This document shows positions 1 through 10,229 of a stretch of 64,000 nt of DNA, one piece after another; positions within the stretch are counted from its first letter, which is position 1, and each line of letters begins with the position of its first letter. This stretch comes from a virus. Lineage: Duplodnaviria; Caudoviricetes. Where the stretch lies: positions 96,001 through 160,000 of the IMG/VR virus record IMGVR_UViG_3300033076_001145; one strand, written 5' to 3'. The position numbers and the translations under genes are program-made. The notes under the pieces were generated by a model. That model had not been told where the DNA came from. It worked only from the letters and a program-made list of their open reading frames with translations, and did not search any database.

Positions 1-3
1 AAT

Positions 4-32
4 AAAAAACCCCTTTAAATAATAAAGGGGTT
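4..32. terminator. Intrinsic terminator hairpin (AAAAAACCCCTTTA-aataa-TAAAGGGGTT)
   Basis: Inverted repeat with A-tract just downstream of the minus-strand ORF 58..657. Confidence 0.75.
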
Positions 33-57
33 AATGTATTAGATTACTTATAATAAA

Positions 58-657
58 TTATTTTGAAGTCTGTTTTTGTCCTATTGCCGCAAGATTTTCT
101 TTGTCTGTTAATTTGTTGTAAATGTCAATCAAATTATAATTTTTTCCAGTCTTTTGATTTATATAATCTTGAACTGTTTTAACAGGAATTTTACTATCTC
201 TATTTTTTAACAAAGTCGCAAAAATAATCCTACCATCAAAATCACCTTTCACATTCATATAGGTCCCAATCATTGCATTATAAAATTTTGTTAACTCATC
301 TCCTGTCAATTCCTGAGGATTAGTAATTGGACTTTTTCCAAGTTCAGAAGATTTGGTGTTGTGGGACATGTCATACATACTAATTAATTGACTAGCACGA
401 CCATCTTTTAACATATTGCGATAATACTCAACAACCTGAGAATCTTCAGTTTCAGTAATTTCATTACCACTATCAATTGCGGTTTGATACATCTTTTTTG
501 ACTCTTCTTTTTTCAATACATTTGAGATAGACCATTTTGATTTATATTCTTTCACTTTATCCTCAGTCAAAGTCTCAGTAATCAATGGTCTAACATCACC
601 AATTGTTGATTCCATTAGATTAAAAAATCTTTTCTTATAATTTTCAATACTCTCCAT
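58..657 (-). CDS. Hypothetical phage protein with N-terminal 'KKRFFNLMES...VRPLITE' leader
   Basis: 199-aa ORF preceded by TATTTATA motif (663-670, minus strand). Confidence 0.7.
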   Translation of the reverse strand: MESIENYKKRFFNLMESTIGDVRPLITETLTEDKVKEYKSKWSISNVLKKEESKKMYQTAIDSGNEITETEDSQVVEYYRNMLKDGRASQLISMYDMSHNTKSSELGKSPITNPQELTGDELTKFYNAMIGTYMNVKGDFDGRIIFATLLKNRDSKIPVKTVQDYINQKTGKNYNLIDIYNKLTDKENLAAIGQKQTSK

Positions 658-681
658 AATACTATAAATATCTCAAAAAAT

Positions 682-1146
682 AAAAAAGGGGGTAGGGGGA
701 ATTGGAGGAACGACGGAAAAAAATTTTTTTATATTTATATATAACCAAGATGAAATATCAAATAGACATAGAAAGACTTAACAGTATTATTTTAGAATAC
801 ATCTCTGATGAATATGTTCCTGACTATGGATGGGGGAGCCCTTATAATTACAAAGAAGATATTAAAATATGGGGAGAGGTCGAGTTTTATGTTAATGACC
901 GTTCATCCTACTCTTACCATGAGTCATTTAAGGGGTATAATAATATTCTTATAATTGACCGGCAAATTGTCGATAGACTAACAAGAATGTTTGGCGATAT
1001 GTGGATTTCCGTATTTGCAAATTGGTTTTCTGGAAATACATCTTTACCAATTCAATCAGTAGGGACTTACGAACCATACCATGTAAAAATACTTGCCTAA
1101 AAAAAAAGGGGGTAGGGGGGATTGGCAACAACGGAAAAAAAATTTT
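682..1146 (+). repeat. Imperfect ~45-bp direct repeats (682-726, 1102-1146) flanking one ORF
   Basis: AAAAAAGGGGGTAGGGGG(A/G)ATTGG...ACGGAAAAAAATTTT seen twice. Confidence 0.75.
750..1100 (+). CDS. Hypothetical protein; similar to 53394..53786
   Basis: ATG at 750 after TATTTATA; 'MFGDMWISVFANWF' resembles 'TFGSLWHDPFRVWF'. Confidence 0.6.
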   Translation: MKYQIDIERLNSIILEYISDEYVPDYGWGSPYNYKEDIKIWGEVEFYVNDRSSYSYHESFKGYNNILIIDRQIVDRLTRMFGDMWISVFANWFSGNTSLPIQSVGTYEPYHVKILA

Positions 1147-1483
1147 ATTTAATTTTTTCCCCTCCATTTATAACATCAATAATTAATTGTCCTTTAAACT
1201 CATCTCTCCAATCATAATCCATGGGAATATAATCAGGGTGGCAGTGTTTATTAACAGGAACCCCAAGTTTATAAACAACCCAATTATGAATATCTTCGGT
1301 AATATCTTTTGCGGGGTATAATTTTGAAACAACTATCCAAAAGTCTCTATTGAAAAATGTATATCCACTATCTGCAACATTAACAATCCATTCTCTTGTT
1401 ACAGGATTAATAACCCAATACCATCCCCTATAATGATAAGTTGAAAAATCTTCCGTATATAAATCAATGAGTTTATTAATCAT
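1145..1483 (-). CDS. Array-less distant paralog of the family A small proteins
   Basis: WVINP..REW....DSG...F..NWVVYKLGVPV aligns by eye with WFIDR.NEYW..EFDKSG...DWVEEVLNYKV; TATCTTTG box upstream. Confidence 0.55.
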   Translation of the reverse strand: MINKLIDLYTEDFSTYHYRGWYWVINPVTREWIVNVADSGYTFFNRDFWIVVSKLYPAKDITEDIHNWVVYKLGVPVNKHCHPDYIPMDYDWRDEFKGQLIIDVINGGEKIK

Positions 1484-1908
1484 ATTACAAAGATAGTCAA
1501 TTTACCCAAAATTTTCCAAAAATTTTTTTTCTCATATTGGGGTCCCGTTGGAGAAGGGGGTCGTGTTTTCAAAAATCAATATTATAATCTATCTTCTTAT
1601 ATATTCTTCTATAGTTTTCCAAATCTTCTTTCATACACTCAACAAATAACTTGAAGTTAATCTTTTCCTCAAATTTAAATCTTTCATTCTCATCATCTCT
1701 CTTTAACTGATTATCAATTGATTCACTTATCTCCCTTAATATTTCCTTATATATTAATTCCCTATCAGTAACCCTTTTTAACTTATCCTTTAATTCAAGA
1801 ATTTCTCCTTCAAGTCTTTGGATTTCATCATCATGTTCCATAATACAAATATAAACAAAAAACCCCTTGAAATCCAAGGGGGTCTATCGTATCAAATTAT
1901 ATTATTTT

Positions 1909-2157
1909 TTAAATTAAACCTTCGTCATCTCCCCAAATAAACCCAGGTCCAACTTCACCTAAACAAATAACACTATCACCTTTTCTTTGTAATTTTATTT
2001 TACCTTCTTTAGTTTCAACAATTCTAATACCTCCATCAGTTTTGATATAATCATCAATAAATATAATTTGGCGTCCTTCATTAATTAATTGGTTTTCATT
2101 AATAACCCTTTTAACAATATTTGTTAATTCTGTTTCTGTTAATCTTATCTTTTTCAT
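1909..2157 (-). CDS. Small protein with 'KKIRLTETEL..IVKRVINE' leader
   Basis: Leader shared with 56100, 56395, 61167; TATTTATA upstream. Confidence 0.65.
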   Translation of the reverse strand: MKKIRLTETELTNIVKRVINENQLINEGRQIIFIDDYIKTDGGIRIVETKEGKIKLQRKGDSVICLGEVGPGFIWGDDEGLI

Positions 2158-3096
2158 ATTATATTATTTTACTATAAATACTAAAAAATTCCAAAAATTT
2201 TTATTTTAATTTACCCACCTTTTATAATTAAGGGGGTCCCATTTCCATAAATTTTTTTCCAGAATTTTTTAGACGGGATTATCCCCCCCTTTTGACTTAA
2301 AAACCCCCTATATAAGGGGGGATACGGAGGGAGGGAGGGGGTACCCCACACCTATGAGGGGGGTATAGGGGAGTATGACCCCCACTACCTACCCCCACCT
2401 ATAATGTTATACATATTGTTTCATTATACCTGACGATATGTTAAGTATAATTTCTAATACCTCATCTTTACTTCTGTGACCTATCACATCATCGTATGGG
2501 GAAAGTCTAACCCACTCTTTATCCCCATCACTCTTCCAACATGCCACCTCGAATGTATTAACTCCGTCACCATATAGAGATGGACCACCAACAATACTAA
2601 TGGTGAATCCGTTGTCAGTATAAACAATACACTGAACTCCGCCCATACCATTAGGATGGGGGACAAACTTTAGAGTATCAAATGTTGTAATCATACCACA
2701 AATATATAACAATTATTTTACCCCACCAAATAAATGTTTCCCTTATTAATGAGGGAAACAATTGTTGATAAGTTTATTTGGTTTGTATCATATTCTTTTA
2801 TATCTTTGTGTTGGTGCCTTATATTTTCCCCTTGTCTTGGGGGACAACTTTATATATAAAGGCAGGTTGGAGTATACTCGGTCCCGATGTTCTCGTTACA
2901 ATACCACAAAGGTATGGCGAACTTTTTTAATATCCTATTTTTTTGTTTCATATTTTTGCCATAACTTAGCCCCGTAACTTATAACGATAAGTGGATAAAG
3001 GGCTGGCATATATTACATTATGCTTGGAGCGTATACTCCAACCTGCTTTACTTTAAAAAAAATAAGATTTTTCTTGTGTGGGTGGAATAGTTTCAC

Positions 3097-3104
3097 TATA
3101 TTTG
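3097..3104 (+). promoter_or_regulatory. Bacteroidota sigma-70-type -7 box TAnnTTTG
   Basis: TATATTTG upstream of ORF 3133; the same box precedes many genes in the window. Confidence 0.6.
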
Positions 3105-3132
3105 TAGAACAATTAAAAACAACCCCAACCAT

Positions 3133-3555
3133 ATGAACAAAGTAAATACAAAAGTAACCAAGGAGATTAATAACATCTTAAAAGAGATGGGTGTGGATTT
3201 TACTTCAGGTGTATGTGAGGGAAACAAATATTCCTTACGCATTGTATCTCTTTGGGAAGAGGATTATTGGACCACCTATGGGGATAAGAAAAGATACTAC
3301 TTCAATATTGAGGTGTCATTATCAAAGGATGATAGATTTTCCCCAACCTCTCATAATGATATGTTAAAATATTCATGGAATAAAAGAAGTCGTTTGGTTA
3401 GACTTAACCGAATGAGAAAATACAGATATGAAACTGCCATTAATGACTTCTTCGAAAAAAACGAAGTTAAAGATTTATTAAAGTGTATTGGGTTTGAAGT
3501 TGCCAGATGGGACTTCATTAAACAAATCACATATAAGGAGGTTGAGAAATTATGA
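3133..3555 (+). CDS. Hypothetical protein
   Basis: 140-aa ORF downstream of promoter box. Confidence 0.6.
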   Translation: MNKVNTKVTKEINNILKEMGVDFTSGVCEGNKYSLRIVSLWEEDYWTTYGDKKRYYFNIEVSLSKDDRFSPTSHNDMLKYSWNKRSRLVRLNRMRKYRYETAINDFFEKNEVKDLLKCIGFEVARWDFIKQITYKEVEKL

Positions 3556-3944
3556 AACTAAAAGACAAATGTGAATTATACTCCACCTCTGAACTTCGTC
3601 TCCTTGGGATGTATGTTATTGATGTATGTGGGGAACTTATTGGTGGTGGGAATAAACCAACCCCTTCCTTTCACATAAGAAATAATCTAAGTAACCTTTA
3701 TGGTCAGTATTGTTTCTCCCACAAAATATATGTGAACCCATCACAGTGTCAGACCATTTCATATTTCATTGGGGTTATCATTCATGAATATACCCACCAC
3801 ATTCAGGAAGGTCTTTTGGAGAACTACCAAGACTCCGTTAAAGAACATGGGTATGAAAACTGTCCATATGAAATTGAAGCTGTTAGTAATGCCAAGAAGT
3901 ATAAGAAAGAGGTGTGGAAGAAAGTCAAACGATTAATGTCTTAA
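3552..3944 (+). CDS. Zincin-like metallopeptidase domain protein
   Basis: IHEYTH (HExxH) plus downstream PYEIEA. Confidence 0.6.
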   Translation: MKLKDKCELYSTSELRLLGMYVIDVCGELIGGGNKPTPSFHIRNNLSNLYGQYCFSHKIYVNPSQCQTISYFIGVIIHEYTHHIQEGLLENYQDSVKEHGYENCPYEIEAVSNAKKYKKEVWKKVKRLMS

Positions 3945-4961
3945 CATAATTCGACAAAACCTGAATTGGATTTTCCTCCCCGTTGAAAAGTTCCATATAC
4001 TCAGGAGTTAATTTATAACTTGTAAGTATATACTGAGTGTTTTGTAAGGGGGTCTTAACAATTCCATACTCCATTTTCCCCACCTTCTCACCACTAAAGT
4101 ATAATAAGACAACTTTAAAACCCTTTAAATCATCCACCATTATTTTGGTGTTCTGTAACACAACCTTGATTTGGGAGTTGTTAGAGGGGATTTTGTTCAT
4201 AACTTAATATGTTAAAAATGTTAATTTTCTTGATTTTGTCAAAATGTCAGGGGAGCGTCAGATGGGGGATAATCCCCTTGACCACTTTTAGTCATATTAA
4301 CTATAATAAATATACCCCATATTGTATAGTATTATGTATATTAATTATTACCACTTTTTCCCACTGGCACTATCGTAATGACCATATTTAGAAATGTTAA
4401 AAGTGAAAAAAGTGGTCCTGTAGATAGCGTCAGAAGGGTTTTTTTTACTATATATATTTTCCAGCTAAAAAAAGTTCTTATTAACAAATGAGCGTGGACA
4501 GACTTTAGTTGTTTTAATCTTCAACGGAAATATGTTGTTATAGTGTCCTTCAACGGGGTTTTTCATATTCCCCTTTCAAATATAGACACAATATATGGAC
4601 AATTATAATGGTGGGAGAAAGTGGGACATAACTTGTCATAAAAGGGATAAACCTGTAGGTTTTTGTTCCTTATAAGACGCATTGTCCCCTTCAGTATATC
4701 CACCACTATTATTATACCCTAACAGGTATATACTGTTGTCTTCTTATAGTTATTATACCCTTAAAGGGTTATAATTAATTAAGACATTACATTATACCTT
4801 TCACAGTAATATGTTATGTCCCTTAGTATTGTGTGTCTTTCGTTAGGGGGTTTTATATATAAGGGGAAATTAGGAAGTAAATAAACGAATGAACCCATTA
4901 AGTGTAATGACCCGTTAGGGGAATGGAACGACACGATAGTGGAATGGGGGAATGAGTTTGT

Positions 4962-5651
4962 TTAATTCGTAATTTCATTATAGAACTTACTTAACTTATC
5001 TATATTCATAGTGAATACTTGTCCTTCCTTTTGTGTTTGTGGTTTTACATGTGGGTTTCTCTTTAATGCATATTCATATAGTGTTTTACTATCAGTTCCC
5101 ACATTTATTATTCCTGTCTCCTCTGATAGAGTTAAGTCTTTAATCATCGGGGCAATTATATCCACATAGTCTTTTGAGACCTCTCTGTTATCATATGCAT
5201 ATTCATATGGGTATTCTGTTGACCCGAATGATGTTCGTATGATTAAAGAGTTCCTATAACCTCTTACAGAACATTCTCCACCTAACTTTGTCCATGCGTA
5301 GAAGTTAAACGGATAAATCGGGTCGTTTTCTTTATGGTTCCCACCTTTTGAATCATATACATAATCAGTGGAAATATATACTAACCTTATATTATTCTCT
5401 ATACAGTATTTCGTTACATTTGATACTCCTACTATATTTGTGTTAATTGCATCTATTGGATTATTATCTATATCCACCGAGTTTGTTTTTGCTGCCGCAA
5501 GTAATATAATATCAGGATTGATTATGTTTAACTTGGAGTATAATTCACTCTCCACAGTTATGTCTATCTCACTTCCCGCAAGAATAAAATCCGATATCTT
5601 TTTAAATTCAGAACCAAGTAACCCCGTTCCACCTAACATAAGAACTTTCAT
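4962..5651 (-). CDS. rmlD: dTDP-4-dehydrorhamnose reductase-like SDR
   Basis: GGTGLLG, YISTDYVY, YAWTK (YxxxK) motifs. Confidence 0.8.
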   Translation of the reverse strand: MKVLMLGGTGLLGSEFKKISDFILAGSEIDITVESELYSKLNIINPDIILLAAAKTNSVDIDNNPIDAINTNIVGVSNVTKYCIENNIRLVYISTDYVYDSKGGNHKENDPIYPFNFYAWTKLGGECSVRGYRNSLIIRTSFGSTEYPYEYAYDNREVSKDYVDIIAPMIKDLTLSEETGIINVGTDSKTLYEYALKRNPHVKPQTQKEGQVFTMNIDKLSKFYNEITN

Positions 5652-6033
5652 ACCCCAATCATAATAATATGTTCTTTAAATAACAAGTTAATTTCGTTAT
5701 ATTTATTATCATATATGGACCCGAGAGTTATTGCTGTTGTTAAACTAATTGAAACATTATACGAACCAAAAGGTATTGAGGCAAATGAAATTAATGATAA
5801 TGGATTTCCTCAGACATTGATTAATGTATATTTTGGGGAGATTGATGACTCATATATTACTAATCCTCAGCACCGTGATTCTAAGTATCTTAAAGAACGA
5901 AATTTTGAATTTGATATAAGAAGGAGTATTCTCGGATACTTAGGTGTTCAAACATCGGGCCTTGACCCTAAAACAGGGTTTTCCCCATATAAAGAAGAAG
6001 ACATAACCATTAATGTAGTATCTGAATTATAAT

Positions 6034-6363
6034 ATGAAATACATAATCAAAGAATCACAAATAAATAATGTTGTATTTTGGTATTTGGATAATCAGGATT
6101 TTATTAAGATTGAAAGGAGTCGTAATATTTATTTTGTTAATTCAGAAGGGGATGAATATGCTCAAATAAGACTTGATAAAGATGATGGCTGGTGTTTTAT
6201 TAATATTAATTTAATTAGAGAAATTTCTTCTTTCTTTTCTTTACAACCTTATGATTCTAAAGAAGTTATCGGCAGATGGGTTGATAATACCCTCCGAATG
6301 AAGGTCACAAACACCCAATATTCAAGAGGTAAAGGCCAGAAAAGGTTGATAATACCCAAATAA
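6034..6363 (+). CDS. Family B small protein (LDNQDF...YAQIR...WVxNTLxMKVTNT) with spacer-encoded tail
   Basis: Paralog of 6379, 56395, 58889, 59643, 62716, 63026. Confidence 0.8.
   Translation: MKYIIKESQINNVVFWYLDNQDFIKIERSRNIYFVNSEGDEYAQIRLDKDDGWCFININLIREISSFFSLQPYDSKEVIGRWVDNTLRMKVTNTQYSRGKGQKRLIIPK
6280..6363. CRISPR. CRISPR-like mini-array: 36-bp repeat 6280-6315, 29-bp spacer, truncated repeat from 6345
   Basis: GTTGATAATACCCTCCGAATGAAGGTCACAAACACC - spacer - GTTGATAATACCC. Confidence 0.7.
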
Positions 6364-6365
6364 CA

Positions 6366-6373
6366 TATTTATA
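6366..6373 (+). promoter_or_regulatory. Recurrent phage motif TATTTATA a few nt upstream of ATG (putative phage-specific/late promoter)
   Basis: Also at 6713-6720, 14324-14331, 24064-24071 (+) and 663-670, 59243-59250, 59554-59561, 63016-63023 (-). Confidence 0.6.
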
Positions 6374-6378
6374 ATAAT

Positions 6379-6696
6379 ATGAAATATCTAATTAAAGAGT
6401 CACAAATAAATAATGTTGTATTTTGGTATTTGGATAATCAGGATTTTATTCAGATTAATAAAGGTAATAAGATATATTTTGTTAATTCGGAGGGTGACGA
6501 ATATGCTCAAATTAGATATGATAAATCAGATGGCTGGTGTTTTATTAATATTAATTTAATTAATGAAATTTCTTCTTTCTTTTCTTTGCAACGCTCTGAT
6601 TCTGAAAAAATTATTGGTAAGTGGGTTGAGAATACCCTCCAAATGAAGGTCACAAACACCGCTTTGTTTGAAAAGTTGTATGATGATTTTGGTTGA
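6379..6696 (+). CDS. Family B small protein with spacer-encoded tail
   Basis: Tandem near-duplicate of 6034..6363. Confidence 0.8.
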   Translation: MKYLIKESQINNVVFWYLDNQDFIQINKGNKIYFVNSEGDEYAQIRYDKSDGWCFININLINEISSFFSLQRSDSEKIIGKWVENTLQMKVTNTALFEKLYDDFG

Positions 6697-6710
6697 GAAT
6701 ACCCAAATAA
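6625..6710. CRISPR. CRISPR-like mini-array: repeat 6625-6660, 31-bp spacer, truncated repeat from 6692
   Basis: GTTGAGAATACCCTCCAAATGAAGGTCACAAACACC is the exact reverse complement of the repeats at 59612 and 59679. Confidence 0.75.
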
Positions 6711-6725
6711 CATATTTATAATAAT

Positions 6726-7100
6726 ATGAAATACATAATCAAAGAATCACAAATTAATTTACTATCTGAGATTGAAAGAAATTGGATGGAAAAAGAATAT
6801 GAAGAAGGGTATAATGACATTAAAGAAATTTTGACATCATTTATTACAGGATTGTTTGATTCGTATGGTGAAATAGGTAATGAGATTGTTATTTATGATG
6901 AAGATAAGGAAGTAATATTTAGTTATATGAAACCAAGTGGTGAGTTATATTACGATTATAGTTTGAATGATTTATACAGTAAGTTATTTCCCCACCCGTT
7001 TTGGTCCGTCCATTCTAAATATGCAATGTCTGATGCGTTTGAACAATCATTCCCATATAAAGTCAATCGAGTAAAAGGTGCTCATATTGTATATCAATGA
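6726..7100 (+). CDS. Hypothetical protein with MKYIIKESQ leader
   Basis: Same upstream sequence and first 10 codons as 6034, different body. Confidence 0.7.
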   Translation: MKYIIKESQINLLSEIERNWMEKEYEEGYNDIKEILTSFITGLFDSYGEIGNEIVIYDEDKEVIFSYMKPSGELYYDYSLNDLYSKLFPHPFWSVHSKYAMSDAFEQSFPYKVNRVKGAHIVYQ

Positions 7101-7390
7101 ACGAAGAAATGAAAAATATGATATGGAGTTATTTGGATAGTCAGGACTTTCATACCATTGATTATAATGGTAATATCATATTCTTTGAATCGTATGAAAG
7201 TTATAATTCTCGTATTCAAAGTGTTTTAATTAGTATCCACCGCCAAAGTAATGAATGTTATGTTAAACCAAAACTACTTAAAGAAATTGAGTCTTATTTC
7301 AATATCGGATGGGATGAGTCATTACCCTATGTTGGAAGCTGGGTTGTAAATAAAGTCGGATTTAATATCAAAAAATTCTATTTTGATTAA
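7097..7390 (+). CDS. Family B paralog without array
   Basis: YLDSQDF...EIESYF...WVVNKVGFNI. Confidence 0.65.
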   Translation: MNEEMKNMIWSYLDSQDFHTIDYNGNIIFFESYESYNSRIQSVLISIHRQSNECYVKPKLLKEIESYFNIGWDESLPYVGSWVVNKVGFNIKKFYFD

Positions 7391-7396
7391 TAACTT

Positions 7397-8059
7397 CTAT
7401 CTTATGTCGTAGAAGTGTTTTACATTTCTTTTTGAATAACGGTCATTTAAAAAATCCCATAGTTGATTAAATCTGTTTTCATCATCACCACATTCTAATT
7501 CAAAGTTTTCACATACATCTTCTATTAAGTTTGATGTGACAAGATGATTAAATTTATATGGTGTCATTGCATTTAATTGTTTTTTCTTATCTGTGTATCT
7601 TTTTGAAGCCACCTTTAAAACATATTGATATATCTGTTCAAGAGTTTCCATATCTATCCTTCTTTTGAAGTAAATAGGTAGTTCTTTTTCTTCCCTCAAT
7701 ACTGATTCATTAATTACATTTCCCAAATTATCATATTTTAAAAGTTCAGTTTCTATAAAAACATCAGCATTTTTTTTCCTCACATCCCATTCAGTCATCC
7801 AAGTAGGACAAACAACAATATTTCCTGAAGTCCATTTATCAATATCTCTTGATATTTTTGTATCAAACCACGACTCAATGTTTGCCGCAGTATCATCAGA
7901 ATCAAAATAAATTTTAAGTAAAGGTTTATTATTATAAGTTGATTGTTCTATAAATGAAACCTCATCATATAAAACATGAATAATTTGCTTAACAAATTTT
8001 AATTTGTGTCCCTCGGATTCTTCCCTTAATATTCTTCTTATGTTTTCTTGTAGGTTCAT
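7397..8059 (-). CDS. MNLQE.IRRILREE-leader protein
   Basis: Leader shared with 8077, 8771, 9112, 11724, 12418; start inferred at MNLQEN. Confidence 0.65.
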   Translation of the reverse strand: MNLQENIRRILREESEGHKLKFVKQIIHVLYDEVSFIEQSTYNNKPLLKIYFDSDDTAANIESWFDTKISRDIDKWTSGNIVVCPTWMTEWDVRKKNADVFIETELLKYDNLGNVINESVLREEKELPIYFKRRIDMETLEQIYQYVLKVASKRYTDKKKQLNAMTPYKFNHLVTSNLIEDVCENFELECGDDENRFNQLWDFLNDRYSKRNVKHFYDIR

Positions 8060-8076
8060 ATTTCTTCTTCTTTGTA

Positions 8077-8769
8077 TTAACAATCTCCTATACTAACATC
8101 TATAGTATGTCCCCTCACTAAATTATTTCCTAATCTGTGTATAAGGGTGCTTATGTTATATATCGCTTGTCTTGTTTTTTGTTTGTTCACAAAACTATCA
8201 TCAGATAAATTAGGATAATATTTTGGTATTTCCACATATAGTTTTAACGAATGTAGAGTTGGTTTAATTTTAAAATCACATATATTTTCCATATCAGGAA
8301 CATCGAGTCTCATTATTGTATCAACAATGAAAATCATTTCCTTTTGTGTTCCAGTAAAACCAAGAACCTTATATAAATTTTCAACCCCTCCAAACATTTT
8401 TGCGGTTTGGTAAATACCCATATCAGAAACCAAATCTTTAATACTTTCTTGGTCTGAGGTCTCTTCCCTTAATATTGACTCATTTAACGGTTCCTCGTCC
8501 AATTTTGAATTTATGTATTTAATTAATGGCGCATCAAATTTATATACATCTTGGGACATGTTGTAATCTTTTAACAGTTCTTTGTTTGACGAAATAAGAT
8601 TTTGAATTGCGTCATAAAAGGCTTCACTTCTATTCTTTCCCCAACTTAAAGAAATTTTAACATCCCTAACCAACCGCTCAAGTTCATTAGCGGTCACCCT
8701 TCTTCTAATGTAATAAGGTAGTTCAGTTCCTTCCCTTAATATTCTTCTTATGGATTCTTGTAGGTTCAT
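8077..8769 (-). CDS. MNLQESIRRILREG-leader protein
   Basis: Leader plus internal repeat 'NESILREE'. Confidence 0.65.
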   Translation of the reverse strand: MNLQESIRRILREGTELPYYIRRRVTANELERLVRDVKISLSWGKNRSEAFYDAIQNLISSNKELLKDYNMSQDVYKFDAPLIKYINSKLDEEPLNESILREETSDQESIKDLVSDMGIYQTAKMFGGVENLYKVLGFTGTQKEMIFIVDTIMRLDVPDMENICDFKIKPTLHSLKLYVEIPKYYPNLSDDSFVNKQKTRQAIYNISTLIHRLGNNLVRGHTIDVSIGDC

Positions 8770-8770
8770 A

Positions 8771-9115
8771 TTATGTATTTGACACTAATTTTTTATATCT
8801 ACTTTTAATTCTATCTTTATAGTAATCTTTTAAACTTTCCATAACCTCACCATACCATTGTGAATCTTCTGGCATTGTACTATATAGTTCGTAATGAATC
8901 CCATCCATTAAAATTGAAATTGTTACATCTATAAACCTATTTAAACTCATAATACTCCCATCTTCTTTATTTGTATTGCGTAACATATTTGATGACATAT
9001 CTAAAGACTCGCTAAACTCCCTCTCTAAATCATTGTTAGGGACTCTACGTCTAATCATCAGGATAGGTTTGGACTCTTCCCTTAGTATTCTTCTTATGGA
9101 TTCTTGCAGGTTCAT
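8771..9115 (-). CDS. MNLQESIRRILREE-leader protein
   Basis: Leader; RRR motif shared with neighbours. Confidence 0.65.
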   Translation of the reverse strand: MNLQESIRRILREESKPILMIRRRVPNNDLEREFSESLDMSSNMLRNTNKEDGSIMSLNRFIDVTISILMDGIHYELYSTMPEDSQWYGEVMESLKDYYKDRIKSRYKKLVSNT

Positions 9116-9369
9116 TTCTTTTTCTTCTTAACACAATTAGGATATTTCTTACCAAACATTGTCTTCATTCCTTTTTGGGTATATCCCGCCCAACACTTTT
9201 CTTGGAGTTCAGATTTATGATTTTCATTTCCACATTTATGACATGTGTATGGGTCGTGTCCGCCTTCAGATAAATTCCAAGACCATCCACACTCCTGACA
9301 AACAATTTTTTTATTTTTGTTATGTAATTCTTCCAATATTATTCTTCTTATGGTCTGTTGTAAATTCAT
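9112..9369 (-). CDS. Small Cys-rich protein (CxxC..CxxC zinc ribbon plus KCWxGY...PNCV motif)
   Basis: CQEC/CHKC; start at MNLQQ after TATTTATA. Confidence 0.6.
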   Translation of the reverse strand: MNLQQTIRRIILEELHNKNKKIVCQECGWSWNLSEGGHDPYTCHKCGNENHKSELQEKCWAGYTQKGMKTMFGKKYPNCVKKKKK

Positions 9370-9430
9370 ATTATTATAAATATCAATTAAAATAAACTGA
9401 AAAAAGTTTTTCAATTTAAGTTTTCTTCCC

Positions 9431-9438
9431 TATATTTG
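9431..9438 (+). promoter_or_regulatory. Bacteroidota -7 promoter box driving the family A array genes
   Basis: TATATTTG 4 nt before ATG 9443. Confidence 0.6.
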
Positions 9439-9442
9439 CCTT

Positions 9443-10228
9443 ATGGACAAAGTATTAAAAGATTTCATATTCCAACAACTATATGAAGAATTGAGTAATG
9501 TGGAGATTATTCCATATAACTACTCCATTTGGTTTATTGACCGAAAAAACGAATATTGGTATTTTGAATTTGAAAAGGATGGAATGTTGTGGTGGAGATA
9601 TGGATTCTTTCTCAGTTTTTTTAAAGTGTTCTCCCTTAGTGATACCGATTTTGAACCCATTCTATCCGCTTGGGTGGAAGAGGTCTTAAATCATAAGGTA
9701 TCTACAACAGGTCGGGAGAAACCAAGGCAACTTTTTCTGGTGGAAGAGGTCCTAAATCATAAGGTATCTACAACCCAAACTTGTTCATATGGTTTGCCTG
9801 AGTGGGTGGAAGAGGTCTTAAATCATAAGGTATCTACAACCCACAATTGCCACGATATTCTACCAGCAGTGGTGGAAGAGGTCCTAAATCATAAGGTATC
9901 TGCAACTCGGCATTTTGACAACCGTTCTCATCCGTTGGTGGAAGAGGTCTTAAATCATAAGGTATCTACAACTTCTCTGAATTCAGGCCAAATGATTGGT
10001 ATGGTGGAAGAGGTATTAAATCATAAGGTATCTACAACCCAAGTCAGGGAGAACAAAGAATCGGTCATGGTGGAAGAGGTCCTAAATTATAAGGTATCAA
10101 CAACTGAGGACCGCATTTCTCAAAACCCAAGGAAGGTGGAAGAGGTCTTAAATCATAAGGTATCCTCAACCTACTTCGATTGGGATAAAAAGGTAATTTT
10201 GGTGGAAGAGGTATTAAAACAAAAATAA
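9443..10228 (+). CDS. Family A protein: ~80-aa domain followed by 22-aa units (VEEVLNHKVSTT + 10 variable aa) encoded by an in-frame CRISPR-like array
   Basis: ORF stays open through 8 repeat-spacer units. Confidence 0.8.
   Translation: MDKVLKDFIFQQLYEELSNVEIIPYNYSIWFIDRKNEYWYFEFEKDGMLWWRYGFFLSFFKVFSLSDTDFEPILSAWVEEVLNHKVSTTGREKPRQLFLVEEVLNHKVSTTQTCSYGLPEWVEEVLNHKVSTTHNCHDILPAVVEEVLNHKVSATRHFDNRSHPLVEEVLNHKVSTTSLNSGQMIGMVEEVLNHKVSTTQVRENKESVMVEEVLNYKVSTTEDRISQNPRKVEEVLNHKVSSTYFDWDKKVILVEEVLKQK
9673..10228. CRISPR. CRISPR-like array A1: 8 full 36-bp repeats plus truncated 9th; 8 unique 30-bp spacers
   Basis: GGTGGAAGAGGTCTTAAATCATAAGGTATCTACAAC at 9673, 9739, 9805, 9871, 9937, 10003, 10069, 10135; partial at 10201; exact 66-bp period. 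Confidence 0.85.
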
Positions 10229-10229
10229 A

